DNA of 64,000 nt from an uncultured Negativicutes bacterium. Lineage in GTDB: Bacteria > Bacillota > Negativicutes > JBAXTZ01. The position numbers and the translations under genes were made by a program. The DNA lies in contig CAVRJL010000016.1 of NCBI GenBank assembly GCA_963721525.1, positions 58,777-122,776 of the forward strand, in the 5' to 3' direction. Position 1 is the stretch's first letter; every line of letters starts with the position of its first letter. Below, piece after piece: positions 1 through 9,279 of this stretch. The notes below the pieces were generated by a model. The model saw nothing but the letters and a program-made list of their open reading frames with translations, was not told the origin of the DNA and searched no databases.

Positions 1-2
1 CA

Positions 3-215
3 TTAATAAGTTCTGTAAGCAAAACAAAAAACATTGGTTTAAATCAAGCAGTTTGTTTTGCATGCTATGGTTTAGGCTCTATTACGGCGGGAAGTATAGC
101 ATCATTATTTTATTTAAATTATTCTATAAACTGGATAGTATTTTTTATGATCTGTTCATTTATTACAGCTTTTTCAATGATTTATATTGAAAAAAAATTA
201 AATTTACAGAATTAA
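3..215 (+). CDS. 3' end of a membrane transporter (MFS-like), truncated by the window edge
   Basis: Manual translation from nt 3 gives LISSVSKTKNIGLNQAVCFACYGLGSITAGSIASLFYLNYSINWIVFFMICSFITAFSMIYIEKKLNLQN* (TAA 213-215). Two hydrophobic, Gly-containing helices resemble the last MFS TM pair; family call is inference. Confidence 0.5.
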   Translation, partial: LISSVSKTKNIGLNQAVCFACYGLGSITAGSIASLFYLNYSINWIVFFMICSFITAFSMIYIEKKLNLQN

Positions 216-645
216 ATTAAGAACATTAAAGTGCAATATATATATATTTTTTTGCTTTTAACATTTATTTGAATAAAGAATTAATTCGTCGTTTAAATAA
301 AGGAAAACAACTTATACAAGATGAAAAATTATTCCTTTATTTATACTGACAAAATTTGTTTGGCAAAAAACTTTTATTTTAAATATAAATTAAAATAAGT
401 TACTGATTCTTCAATAAAAAATGTATGTTAGAAATTTATGACAACTTTATTGTAATTGTATTTTTAGTAAAAAAGGCAGTAGACTTTTTTAAAATTTATG
501 ATACAACATATATGGGTTATGTCAAGAGTATCAATGAAAGAAGATTTTTAAGTAAGTATTGACGTGGAGAGTTTTGTGAGGATTCAAGGTAAAAAGTGGG
601 AAGAAAGGAAGGTGATTCCAATGATAAATTTTATTTATAATGCTT

Positions 646-1248
646 CTAATCTAACAAATCCTTTATTACTTCTCCTGCAATTATTAATCCTGCTATTGCC
701 GGAAGAAATGAAATGCTTCCAGGAGAAGTTTTTCCTGAAGATGATTTTATAAAGCATTTTTTTGGTGTTTCCGTTGAGTATACTACTTTTAAATTTTTAA
801 TATTTTTTTTACGTAGTTCCTTTCTTATTATTCTAGAGAAAGGACAATTTTGGGTTTCAAAAATATTTCCTATTTTAAATTTTGTAGGATCAAGTCTATT
901 ACCTACTCCCATAGAATTTATAATAGGTATTTTTAAATCTATGGCATTATGTATTAAACACACTTTTGCTTTTATTGTATCTATAGCATCTATTATATAA
1001 TTACAATGGTGTAATAGCATGCTTTTTATATTAATAAACCATGATAGAGTATGTTCTACAAATATAAATCGGCAGATACATGCTACTTACGAAACAATTA
1101 ATATAAAGTTTCCTATGTCTGCCCGCGCTAACGATTCTACTGCGTATGAACCCACTCCCCCAATTCCGAATACACCAATAGTACTGGCTTGTAATTTTTG
1201 TAGCCCATTATTACCAATAAGAAGTTCAGTTCTAGAAAATTGATTTAT
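646..1248 (-). pseudogene. tcdA: tRNA threonylcarbamoyladenosine dehydratase (TcdA/ThiF family) pseudogene with an internal inversion and deletion
   Basis: Minus strand 1248-1097 reads (I)NQFSRTELLIGNNGLQKLQASTIGVFGIGGVGSYAVESLARADIGNFILI with ATA in place of ATG. The NHDRVCSTNINRQIHATYET motif is on the plus strand (1036-1096). The C-terminal half 1020-646 has YIIDAIDT, SMGVGNRLDP, CPFSRIIRKELRK, VVYSTE and PGSISFLPAIAG. Confidence 0.9.
1025..1107. repeat. 11-bp inverted repeats (TTTATATTAAT 1025-1035 / ATTAATATAAA 1097-1107) flanking the inverted tcdA segment
   Basis: Read directly: the arms are exact reverse complements and enclose 61 bp. Confidence 0.9.
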
Positions 1249-1255
1249 AAAATTT

Positions 1256-2185
1256 TTATTCATTGTTTTGTTCTATATATTGTTCCACCATTTTTGCAGC
1301 TATAGCTCCATCTGATGTTGCTGTAACTATTTGTTTTAATAGTTTTTTTCGACAATCACCTGCGGTAAATATCCCATTTATATTTGTTTTTGTTGTTTCG
1401 TTAGCAATTATATATCCTTCTTCATCAATATTTAACAAATTAGAAAAAATTTCGGTGTTTGGTATCATACCAAGATAAATAAATATTCCTTCGGTATTAT
1501 GAATACTTTTTTCGCCGGTAACAGTATTTTTTATTGTTATACTTTCTACAATTTCTGTACCATTGATTGATTCAATGACACTATTAAAACAAAAATTTAT
1601 TTTCGGATTATTGAAAGCTCTATCTTGTAAAAACTTTGTAGCTCGTAACTTATTGCGACGGTGTACTATTGTTACTATTTGAGCAAATTTTGTAAGATTA
1701 AGAGCTTCTTGAATTGCTGAGTTCCCACCGCCTACAAAAACAATATTTTTTGCATTATTATAAAATGCGCTATCACAAATTGCACAATAAGATACTCCCA
1801 TACCTCGAAATTCTTTTTCTCCAGGACAATTTAAGGTTCGAGCTCTAGCACCTGTAGCTATTATTATAGTTTTGGAATTAAAACTTTTGTTAGTTATAGT
1901 CTGAACACTTTTAATTTTATTATCTAAAATTAATTTTGTAGCTTTTACAGTAATTTTTTGAATATTATCAAAATGCTTAATTTGATTTTCCATATAATTA
2001 CTTAGACTATATCCTGAAATATTACCGGGGGTACCCGGATAGTTTTCAATGTTATTTGTAACAAGCATTTGTCCACCTATAGAACCTTGCTCAATTAATA
2101 ATATATTTAATTTCGCTCTACCGCAATACAGGGCTGCAGTTATTCCTGCTGGTCCACCACCTATAATTATTGTATCATATATCAT
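1256..2185 (-). CDS. trxB: Thioredoxin-disulfide reductase
   Basis: GGGPAG FAD motif, GVSYCAICD redox CxxC, VGGGNSA NADPH motif, HRR, GIFTAGD; 309 aa. Confidence 0.97.
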   Translation of the reverse strand: MIYDTIIIGGGPAGITAALYCGRAKLNILLIEQGSIGGQMLVTNNIENYPGTPGNISGYSLSNYMENQIKHFDNIQKITVKATKLILDNKIKSVQTITNKSFNSKTIIIATGARARTLNCPGEKEFRGMGVSYCAICDSAFYNNAKNIVFVGGGNSAIQEALNLTKFAQIVTIVHRRNKLRATKFLQDRAFNNPKINFCFNSVIESINGTEIVESITIKNTVTGEKSIHNTEGIFIYLGMIPNTEIFSNLLNIDEEGYIIANETTKTNINGIFTAGDCRKKLLKQIVTATSDGAIAAKMVEQYIEQNNE

Positions 2186-2490
2186 AGAAATCTCCTTAAT
2201 AATGGTTAATAGAAATATTTATATAATTGCATAATATAAGGTAATTATAAAACAATATATAATATTACGCAATTTAAAATAAACGTAGTGAAATAACAAA
2301 AGCATGTATGTTAAAGGATAGAACTTAAGAATGTACTTGTTATCCTAAATTTAGCAAAAAAATAAATTATATACATATATAAATAAAAAATTGTAATACG
2401 GGTATAATAGTAAAAAATTCTTTTAAAATTACAACAATTTTAAAAGAGGAATCAACATCCTTAGATTAATTTTATTACTATAAAAAGCTC

Positions 2491-2519
2491 TTGCTTATTT
2501 ATACTTAATTTGATATAAT
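2491..2519 (+). promoter_or_regulatory. Sigma-A promoter for rplS
   Basis: TTGCTT (2491-2496), 17-bp spacer, TG extended element, TATAAT (2514-2519). Confidence 0.7.
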
Positions 2520-2535
2520 ACACAGTTGTTTATAA

Positions 2536-2578
2536 AGATGGTCCTATATATAAATTAAATACTTTGGTAAGAACATCT
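2536..2578 (+). promoter_or_regulatory. Degenerate L19 leader (ribosomal protein autoregulatory RNA)
   Basis: AGATGGTC...AAGAACATCT basal stem lies just before the rplS RBS, matching the position and outer stem of Firmicute L19 leaders; the inner part is AT-eroded. Confidence 0.45.
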
Positions 2579-2597
2579 ATGTTTCAGGAGGAGAAAA

Positions 2598-2945
2598 ATG
2601 AATTTAATTGAATTAATTAATCAGGATCAACTACGTTCGAATATTCCTGAATTTCGACCAGGGGATACTCTAAAGGTGATGGTCAAAATTGTTGAGGGAA
2701 GTCACGAGCGTTTACAAGCTTTTGAAGGTGTTTGTATTAAACGTAATGGTGGAACAAGGATACAAGCAACATTTACTGTTCGAAGAATGACTTATGGAGT
2801 TGGAATTGAGAGAACTTTTCCTCTTCATTCTCCTCGTATTGATAATATAAATATTATTCGTAGAGGTGTTGTTCGTCGAGCACGATTGTATTATTTACGT
2901 AATCTTACAGGAAAAGCAGCACGTATTCGTGAAAAAAGATCATAA
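2598..2945 (+). CDS. rplS: 50S ribosomal protein L19
   Basis: [40 protein letters not shown]; RBS AGGAGG. Confidence 0.98.
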   Translation: MNLIELINQDQLRSNIPEFRPGDTLKVMVKIVEGSHERLQAFEGVCIKRNGGTRIQATFTVRRMTYGVGIERTFPLHSPRIDNINIIRRGVVRRARLYYLRNLTGKAARIREKRS

Positions 2946-2994
2946 CTATCCAAAAAGAGCCATATGGCTCTTTTTGGATAGTTATGATCTTTTT
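2933..2994. terminator. 62-bp perfect spacer-less palindrome at the rplS 3' end, probable intrinsic terminator
   Basis: Arms AAAAAGATCATAACTATCCAAAAAGAGCCAT and ATGGCTCTTTTTGGATAGTTATGATCTTTTT are exact 31-nt reverse complements. Confidence 0.85.
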
Positions 2995-3094
2995 ATTGTT
3001 ACGGTTAAAATTTAAAAAGAAAATAAATAATACTATATCAAGATAGAAATTAATTTTTATAGCTGTTGGGCAAAAAATCGACAAGTATAATTTA

Positions 3095-3122
3095 ATTGAT
3101 CTTAAAATATTGATCTTAAAAT
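3095..3122 (+). repeat. 14-bp tandem duplication ATTGATCTTAAAAT x2 just upstream of the uppS RBS
   Basis: Read directly. Confidence 0.85.
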
Positions 3123-3131
3123 AAGGAATTT

Positions 3132-3893
3132 ATGTTTCAATTTTTTCAAAAAAGAAAAAATCCTGTCAATTTAAATATTAATAATTTAGATAAAAACAAT
3201 CTTCCTAAACATATAGCAATAATTATGGACGGTAATGGGCGCTGGGCAAAAAAAAAAGGCCTAATTCGTTCTCAGGGACATAAGAAAGGTTCAGAGGTTT
3301 TACGTACTATTATAAAAACTTCTGCTGATTTAAAGATAAGAATGTTAACTGTATATGCTTTTTCTACCGAAAATTGGAAAAGACCCAAAAACGAAATAAA
3401 TTTTTTGATGAATTTACTTTCCTATTATCTTGAAAATGAATTAAATGAATTAATAAAAAATAATATACAAATGAGGTTTATTGGTAATTTAGAAGTTTTA
3501 AAAGAAACAATCAAAAAGAAGTTAGAGACAAACACTAAGTTGTTATCAAAAAACACTGGACTGATTGTAAATGTTGCATTAAATTACGGTGGCCGTTCGG
3601 AAATTATAAAAATAACAAAAGAATTAGTGAAAAAAGTTGTTTATGGTAAATTAAATCTTGACGATATCGATGAGCAAATATTTAATGAAAATTTATTTAC
3701 TTTTCCATTATCTGATGTTGATTTATTAATAAGAACTGGCTCTAATTATAGAATAAGCAATTTTCTTTTATGGCAAATAGCTTATACAGAATTATATTTT
3801 TCAGATTGTTTTTGGCCAGATTTTTCAGTTGAAAAATTTATTGAAGCAATAATAAATTATCAAACACGAGATCGTAGGTTTGGTGGATTATAA
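3132..3893 (+). CDS. uppS: Undecaprenyl diphosphate synthase
   Basis: HIAIIMDGNGRWA, YAFSTENWKRP, NYGGRSEI, DLLIRT, RISNFLLWQ, RRFGGL. Confidence 0.98.
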   Translation: MFQFFQKRKNPVNLNINNLDKNNLPKHIAIIMDGNGRWAKKKGLIRSQGHKKGSEVLRTIIKTSADLKIRMLTVYAFSTENWKRPKNEINFLMNLLSYYLENELNELIKNNIQMRFIGNLEVLKETIKKKLETNTKLLSKNTGLIVNVALNYGGRSEIIKITKELVKKVVYGKLNLDDIDEQIFNENLFTFPLSDVDLLIRTGSNYRISNFLLWQIAYTELYFSDCFWPDFSVEKFIEAIINYQTRDRRFGGL

Positions 3894-3906
3894 TTTTGGA
3901 GGGAAA

Positions 3907-4737
3907 ATGCTTATTATAAGAACTATAAGCTCAATTGTGGGAATATTTTTGTTGGCTGTTTTAATAATCTGTGGTGGATACTTATATAGTTTAGCTATAG
4001 TTTTTTTAGCGTTAATTTCTTGGCTGGAATTAAGTTCATTGTTTCGAAAAGTTGGAGTAAATATAGAAATGACTGTTGGTTTTTTACTTATAGTTTTAAA
4101 CATGACTTTCGTGCGATACGCTAATTCTACTGAGTGTGATTTTTTTATTTTTATAGGATTTGTTTGGTTGCTCACCAAGGTAATTATTACTAAAGGAAAA
4201 TTTAATATCGGAGATTGTTTAGGAAACATTTTTTGTTTTTTTTATATTTCTTTTTTATTTTCTCATTTTATTGAATTACGTTTTATAGACGAAGATACTA
4301 TTTACAAATATAAATACTTTTCTTTATCGTTTGGATCATTGTATTTATCGCTTGCACTGATTGGAACGTGGATAAATGATTCTTTTGCTTATTTGGTCGG
4401 GTCAAGCATTGGGAAATATAAAATTAATAGTAAAATAAGTCCTAAAAAAACTTGGGAGGGATTTATTTGTGGAACAATAGGTACGATATTATTTTTAATA
4501 ATATCCGTTTATTTATTAGGGTTTCCTATATGGCAAGGGATAAGTATTGGATTGATCGTTACTATTTTTGCTTTTTTAGGAGATATGGCAGAATCAGCAC
4601 TTAAAAGATTTTGTGGTGTAAAAGATTCCGGGAAATTTGTGCCTGGGCATGGGGGTATACTTGATCGTTTTGATAGTATGCTTTTTGTTGTTCCGGCTAT
4701 TTATTATTTTGTTGTAATTGTTATTTTAAACTGTTAA
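3907..4737 (+). CDS. cdsA: Phosphatidate cytidylyltransferase
   Basis: DSFAYLVG, ISPKKTWEG, GDMAESALKRFCGVKDSG, PGHGGILDRFDS; start ATG 3907 chosen from RBS GGAGGG (ORF track starts at 3880). Confidence 0.96.
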   Translation: MLIIRTISSIVGIFLLAVLIICGGYLYSLAIVFLALISWLELSSLFRKVGVNIEMTVGFLLIVLNMTFVRYANSTECDFFIFIGFVWLLTKVIITKGKFNIGDCLGNIFCFFYISFLFSHFIELRFIDEDTIYKYKYFSLSFGSLYLSLALIGTWINDSFAYLVGSSIGKYKINSKISPKKTWEGFICGTIGTILFLIISVYLLGFPIWQGISIGLIVTIFAFLGDMAESALKRFCGVKDSGKFVPGHGGILDRFDSMLFVVPAIYYFVVIVILNC

Positions 4738-4757
4738 TTAAAATTAAATTATAAAAA

Positions 4758-5909
4758 ATGAAAAAATTAACTATATTTGGCAGTACAGGTTCTATTGGAC
4801 AACAAACGCTTGATGTTATCAGAAGTCATAAAAATTTATTTTCTGTTGTTGCTATTTCAGGGCAAAAAAATATCGACCTACTTGAGAAACAGATTAATGA
4901 ATTTAAACCTAAAATTGCAGTTGTTTGCGATAATGAAAAAGGAAATATTTTACGTTCTCGTTATAGTGGGGATACTAAAATTTTTATTGGAAAACAACAT
5001 TTAACAGATGATGCTGTTATAGGTAAAGCAGATATTGTCTTAAATGCATTAACAGGTTTTGCTGGTTTTAAACCCACATTAGCAGCAATAGAAGCAAAGA
5101 AAAGAATTGCGTTAGCCAATAAAGAAACACTTGTTGTTGCAGGGGATATTGTAATGAAGTTGGCGCATGAAAAAAAAGTAGAAATTATTCCAATAGACAG
5201 CGAGCATAGCGCCATTTTTCAATGTTTAAATGGTGAAAATAAAAAAAATATGAAGAAAATATTACTAATAGCTTCAGGAGGACCATTTTTTGGTAAAAGT
5301 AAAGATGAACTTGAATATATTTCAGTAGAAGAAGCACTTAAACATCCAAATTGGAATATGGGTATGAAAATAAGTATTGACTCTGCTACTTTAGCTAATA
5401 AAGGATTAGAAGTTATCGAAGCTAAACATTTATTTGATATGCCTGTTCATGATATAATCGTTTTAGTTCATAAGCAAAGTATTGTTCATTCAATGGTAGA
5501 ATTTAAAGATAATAATATTATTGCCCAACTAGGATTACCTGATATGCGTATACCTATTCAATATGCACTTACTTACCCCAAGAGGATTTCCGTTAATTAT
5601 AATTCCGTAGATTTTTTTATTTTCAATAATTTAACTTTTGAGAAGCCTGATTTAGAAACCTTTCGTTGTTTAAAGCTTGCTTATGAATGTGGAGCAGTTG
5701 GAGAAAATTATCCTTGTATTTTTAACGCTGTTAACGAAGTAGCGGTGGAGGCATTCTTAAATAAGAAAGTGAAATTTTTAGATATTCCTAATATTATTGA
5801 AACGATTTTAAATAAAAGTGAATTTACAAGGATAAATAATATAAACGAAATATTTTTAATTGATAATAAAGCAAGAATCGATGCTAAAAATTATATAAAA
5901 AAAATATAA
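4758..5909 (+). CDS. dxr: 1-deoxy-D-xylulose-5-phosphate reductoisomerase
   Basis: GSTGSIG, LANKETLV, PIDSEHSA, HPNWNMG, NKGLEVIEA, PDMRIPI. Confidence 0.98.
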   Translation: MKKLTIFGSTGSIGQQTLDVIRSHKNLFSVVAISGQKNIDLLEKQINEFKPKIAVVCDNEKGNILRSRYSGDTKIFIGKQHLTDDAVIGKADIVLNALTGFAGFKPTLAAIEAKKRIALANKETLVVAGDIVMKLAHEKKVEIIPIDSEHSAIFQCLNGENKKNMKKILLIASGGPFFGKSKDELEYISVEEALKHPNWNMGMKISIDSATLANKGLEVIEAKHLFDMPVHDIIVLVHKQSIVHSMVEFKDNNIIAQLGLPDMRIPIQYALTYPKRISVNYNSVDFFIFNNLTFEKPDLETFRCLKLAYECGAVGENYPCIFNAVNEVAVEAFLNKKVKFLDIPNIIETILNKSEFTRINNINEIFLIDNKARIDAKNYIKKI

Positions 5910-5933
5910 AGTATTAACTTTATTGGAGTATAA

Positions 5934-6953
5934 ATGATTATTATAGGAATAATATCTGTTTTTTTTATTTTGGTTTTTTTTCATGAATTGGGACATTTCA
6001 TTATGGCAAAGATTACAGGGATGAAAGTAGAAGAATTTGCTATCGGTATGGGTCCTAAATTGATTTCTTTTAAAATTGGTGAAACAAAATATTCTATAGG
6101 TATTATACCTATAGGTGGGTATAATAAAATTGTAGGGATGGGTCCAGAAGAACAAAATGAAGAAAGAGGTTTTACTAAAAAATCTCTAGGAGCTCGTTTA
6201 CTTGTTATTGCATCAGGAGGAGCAATGAATATTGTCTTGCCTATATTTTTATTGTTTACAATATATTTCTTAAATGGTATAGAAAAAATTGAAAATAAAC
6301 CGATCATAGGTAGTGTGGCGAACAATTCTCCAGCTTATCACGCTGGTATATATGTAAATGATAAAATATTAAAAATAAATAATATTGAAATAAAAACATG
6401 GAATAAAGTTATAGATGTTATAAAAAACAACCATGATAAAGAAATAGTATTTTTAATAGAACGCTATAATAAAGAAGTTAATATTAAGATTCACCCTATA
6501 TATAATAAAGAAATAAAAAAAATAACTCTAGGTATCACACAGAAAACTTATAGACAAAAATTAGGCTGTTTAGATTCTTTTAAGCTTGCGATAATACGCA
6601 CGTATAAAATAGCAAAATTTATTATTTTTTCTTTATTCAGTATTATTTTAGGAAAAAATAAAGCGGAATTTGCAGGTCCCATTGGATTAATTGCTATGAC
6701 GAGAGATGCCGTAAAAATAGGTTGGCTTTATCTACTTGAATTTCTTGCTTCATTCAGTATTAATTTAGGAATAATAAATTTAATCCCTATACCTGTTTTA
6801 GATGGAGGATATATTGTAATTTTACTAATTGAGGCAATTAGAAGAAAATCTTTTTCTACAAATATTTTATATAAAATACAAATAGTTGGATTTTTCCTTT
6901 TAACTTCTTTGTTATTATTTGCTACAATACAAGATTTGTTAAGAATAAGTTAA
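5934..6953 (+). CDS. rseP: RIP metalloprotease RseP
   Basis: HELGH zinc motif, PDZ region, NLIPIPVLDGG; usual dxr-rseP-ispG synteny. Confidence 0.96.
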   Translation: MIIIGIISVFFILVFFHELGHFIMAKITGMKVEEFAIGMGPKLISFKIGETKYSIGIIPIGGYNKIVGMGPEEQNEERGFTKKSLGARLLVIASGGAMNIVLPIFLLFTIYFLNGIEKIENKPIIGSVANNSPAYHAGIYVNDKILKINNIEIKTWNKVIDVIKNNHDKEIVFLIERYNKEVNIKIHPIYNKEIKKITLGITQKTYRQKLGCLDSFKLAIIRTYKIAKFIIFSLFSIILGKNKAEFAGPIGLIAMTRDAVKIGWLYLLEFLASFSINLGIINLIPIPVLDGGYIVILLIEAIRRKSFSTNILYKIQIVGFFLLTSLLLFATIQDLLRIS

Positions 6954-6976
6954 AAGGAAACTTAAGAGAAGAGAAA

Positions 6977-8059
6977 ATGTATGAAATAATTCGTCGACAA
7001 ACTAAAAAAATTAAAGTTGGTAATATAAGTATAGGTAATAAATCACCTATAAGTATTCAATCAATGTGTACCACTAAAACTTATGATATTGACTCAACAG
7101 TAAACCAAATTAACGATTTAAAAGCTATAGGATGTGATATTATTCGTGTAGCTGTACCCGATATTGCTTCAGCTGAAGCAATTGAAAAAATTAAAAAAAG
7201 AATAAATATTCCTCTTATAGCAGATATACATTTTGATTACCGGTTAGCTTTAAAAGCTTTAGAACAAGGTATAGATGGATTAAGGATAAATCCTGGAAAT
7301 ATTGGAAATGTGGAAAATGTAAAGATTGTTGCCAGAGAAGCGAAAAGACGTAATGTTCCGATAAGAATAGGTATAAATAGTGGATCGATAGAAAAAGATT
7401 TATTAGAAAAATATGGAAATTTTCCAACTGCAGAAGCGATGGTGCAAAGTGCTATACGCCATATAATAATACTAGAACAATGTGATTTTTATAATATTAA
7501 AGTTTCTTTAAAAGCAAATAGCGTTCCTCTGACTATTGAGGCTTATCGTTTATTAGCAAGTCAATATAATTATCCTTTGCATATTGGAATAACTGAAGCA
7601 GGAACTATAAAATCTGGAATAGTCAAATCTGCTATAGGCATAGGAATTTTATTAGCGCAAGGAATAGGAGATACAATTAGAGTATCTCTTACAGACGATC
7701 CTAAAAAAGAAGTTAAAGCAGGAATTGAAATCCTAAAAGTGTTAGGTTTAAAAAAATATGGAGTAGAATTAATATCTTGTCCTACATGCGCAAGAACAGA
7801 GATAGATCTAATAAATCTTTGCAAACGAATAGAAAAAAGAATGCAATGTATAATTGAACCTTTATCAGTAGCAATAATGGGATGTGTTGTTAATGGGCCA
7901 GGAGAAGCTAAACAAGCTGATATAGGAATAGCAGGGGGAAAAGGGGAAGGAGTATTATTTATAAAAGGGGAAATAATAAAAAAAGTACCAGAAAATAAGT
8001 TAGAAGAAGCTCTTTTTATAGGAATAAACGATATTTTAAAAAATAAAATAATTTATTAG
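6977..8059 (+). CDS. ispG: (E)-4-hydroxy-3-methylbut-2-enyl-diphosphate synthase
   Basis: QSMCTT, ADIHFD, RINPGNIG, GIGDTIRVSL, CPTCAR, MGCVVNGPGEA. Confidence 0.98.
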   Translation: MYEIIRRQTKKIKVGNISIGNKSPISIQSMCTTKTYDIDSTVNQINDLKAIGCDIIRVAVPDIASAEAIEKIKKRINIPLIADIHFDYRLALKALEQGIDGLRINPGNIGNVENVKIVAREAKRRNVPIRIGINSGSIEKDLLEKYGNFPTAEAMVQSAIRHIIILEQCDFYNIKVSLKANSVPLTIEAYRLLASQYNYPLHIGITEAGTIKSGIVKSAIGIGILLAQGIGDTIRVSLTDDPKKEVKAGIEILKVLGLKKYGVELISCPTCARTEIDLINLCKRIEKRMQCIIEPLSVAIMGCVVNGPGEAKQADIGIAGGKGEGVLFIKGEIIKKVPENKLEEALFIGINDILKNKIIY

Positions 8060-8127
8060 GCTTATGTTTCTGTGAAAACAAAAAATTTTTATCGAATCTT
8101 ATTCAGGGAGAAATTATTTAAAATTAT

Positions 8128-8156
8128 TTGCAAGGTTATAGAAGTTATGCTATAGT
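8128..8156 (+). promoter_or_regulatory. Sigma-A promoter of the S10 operon
   Basis: TTGCAA (8128-8133), 17-bp spacer, TG extended element, TATAGT (8151-8156). Confidence 0.75.
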
Positions 8157-8159
8157 ATT

Positions 8160-8283
8160 TTGGTATTTGGTAAGAGATATTTTCTAGCATTCATATGATA
8201 CGCCCGGAAGCGTTTACATAAAATTTTTAGTATTTACAACTTAACTGTATAATTTTAGCTGAATAAGGAGGATATAATTATTT
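8160..8283 (+). promoter_or_regulatory. rpsJ 5' leader, probably an eroded S10 r-leader
   Basis: About 120-nt UTR retaining a GC-rich island (ACGCCCGGAAGCGT) in an AT-rich background; resemblance to Firmicute S10 leaders is from recollection only. Confidence 0.35.
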
Positions 8284-8595
8284 ATGGGGAAACAACAAAA
8301 AATTAGAATTAGATTGAAAGCATATGATCACAAGGCATTAGATATGTGTGCACAACGAATAATTGATACTGTAAAAAGAACTAATGCGTTGGTTGCAGGA
8401 CCTATACCTCTACCTACAGAAAAAAATACATATACTATTCTTCGTTCACCACACGTTAATAAAGATTCGCGCGAACAATTTGAAATGCGTACACATAAGC
8501 GCTTAATTGACATTGTTGAACCTACAAAAAAGACGGTAGATGCTTTAAAAAGACTTGATCTGCCAGCAGGTGTAGATATAGAAATTAAGCTCTAG
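8284..8595 (+). CDS. rpsJ: 30S ribosomal protein S10
   Basis: [34 protein letters not shown]. Confidence 0.99.
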   Translation: MGKQQKIRIRLKAYDHKALDMCAQRIIDTVKRTNALVAGPIPLPTEKNTYTILRSPHVNKDSREQFEMRTHKRLIDIVEPTKKTVDALKRLDLPAGVDIEIKL

Positions 8596-8603
8596 GAGGA
8601 AAT

Positions 8604-9239
8604 ATGCAAAAAGGTTTATTAGGTAAAAAGTTGGGAATGACTCAAGTTTTTTCTCAAGATGGCACGTTATTACCAGTGACGGTTGTAGAAGTTACAGATA
8701 ATGTTGTTTTACAAAATAAGACTATTGAAAATGATGGATATAATGCGGTACAAATTGGTTTTGGAGCAGTTAACGAAAAAAAACTAACTAAACCAGCTAT
8801 AGGATTTTTTAAAAAAATAAATAAAAAGCCTGTACGATATATTCGCGAAATTCGTTTAAAAGAACCTTCTATTTACACTCCAGGTACTTTATTAGGACCA
8901 GATATTCTCAGCATAGGCGAATCAGTTGATATCACAGGTATTTCTAAGGGAAAAGGATTTTCAGGAGGCATTAAACGGCATAATTTTGCACGTGGACCCA
9001 TGAGTCATGGTTCTAAATCCCATAGAGAACCGGGATCCATGGGGCCAAGAATGTCAGGTGGCGGCGGTAGAGTTTTTAAAGGCAAAAAATTACCTGGACA
9101 AATGGGTTTTGAAAAAGTTACTGTCCAAAATTTAACAATAGCAAGAATAGATAAACCTCGTAACTTGCTTCTTATAAAAGGTGCGGTCCCTGGATCTAAA
9201 GGGGCTTTAGTTTTAATACGTAGAGCGAAAAAATGCTGA
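8604..9239 (+). CDS. rplC: 50S ribosomal protein L3
   Basis: GKKLGMTQVF, SKGKGF, GPMSHGS, KGAVPG. Confidence 0.99.
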   Translation: MQKGLLGKKLGMTQVFSQDGTLLPVTVVEVTDNVVLQNKTIENDGYNAVQIGFGAVNEKKLTKPAIGFFKKINKKPVRYIREIRLKEPSIYTPGTLLGPDILSIGESVDITGISKGKGFSGGIKRHNFARGPMSHGSKSHREPGSMGPRMSGGGGRVFKGKKLPGQMGFEKVTVQNLTIARIDKPRNLLLIKGAVPGSKGALVLIRRAKKC

Positions 9240-9279
9240 TAAACAATAAAGATTAGGGGAATAAGGAGGATTAGTTATT

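Noticed and set aside
480-645. Possible 6S RNA, since ssrS often lies near tcdA in Firmicutes
   Set aside because: No long irregular hairpin or recognisable 6S motifs on either strand by eye; cmsearch would be decisive.
564-752. 62-aa plus-strand ORF, and the plus-strand ORFs 713-1000 and 1019-1243
   Set aside because: Antisense shadows of tcdA; only the 1025-1107 part is meaningful, as the inverted tcdA segment.
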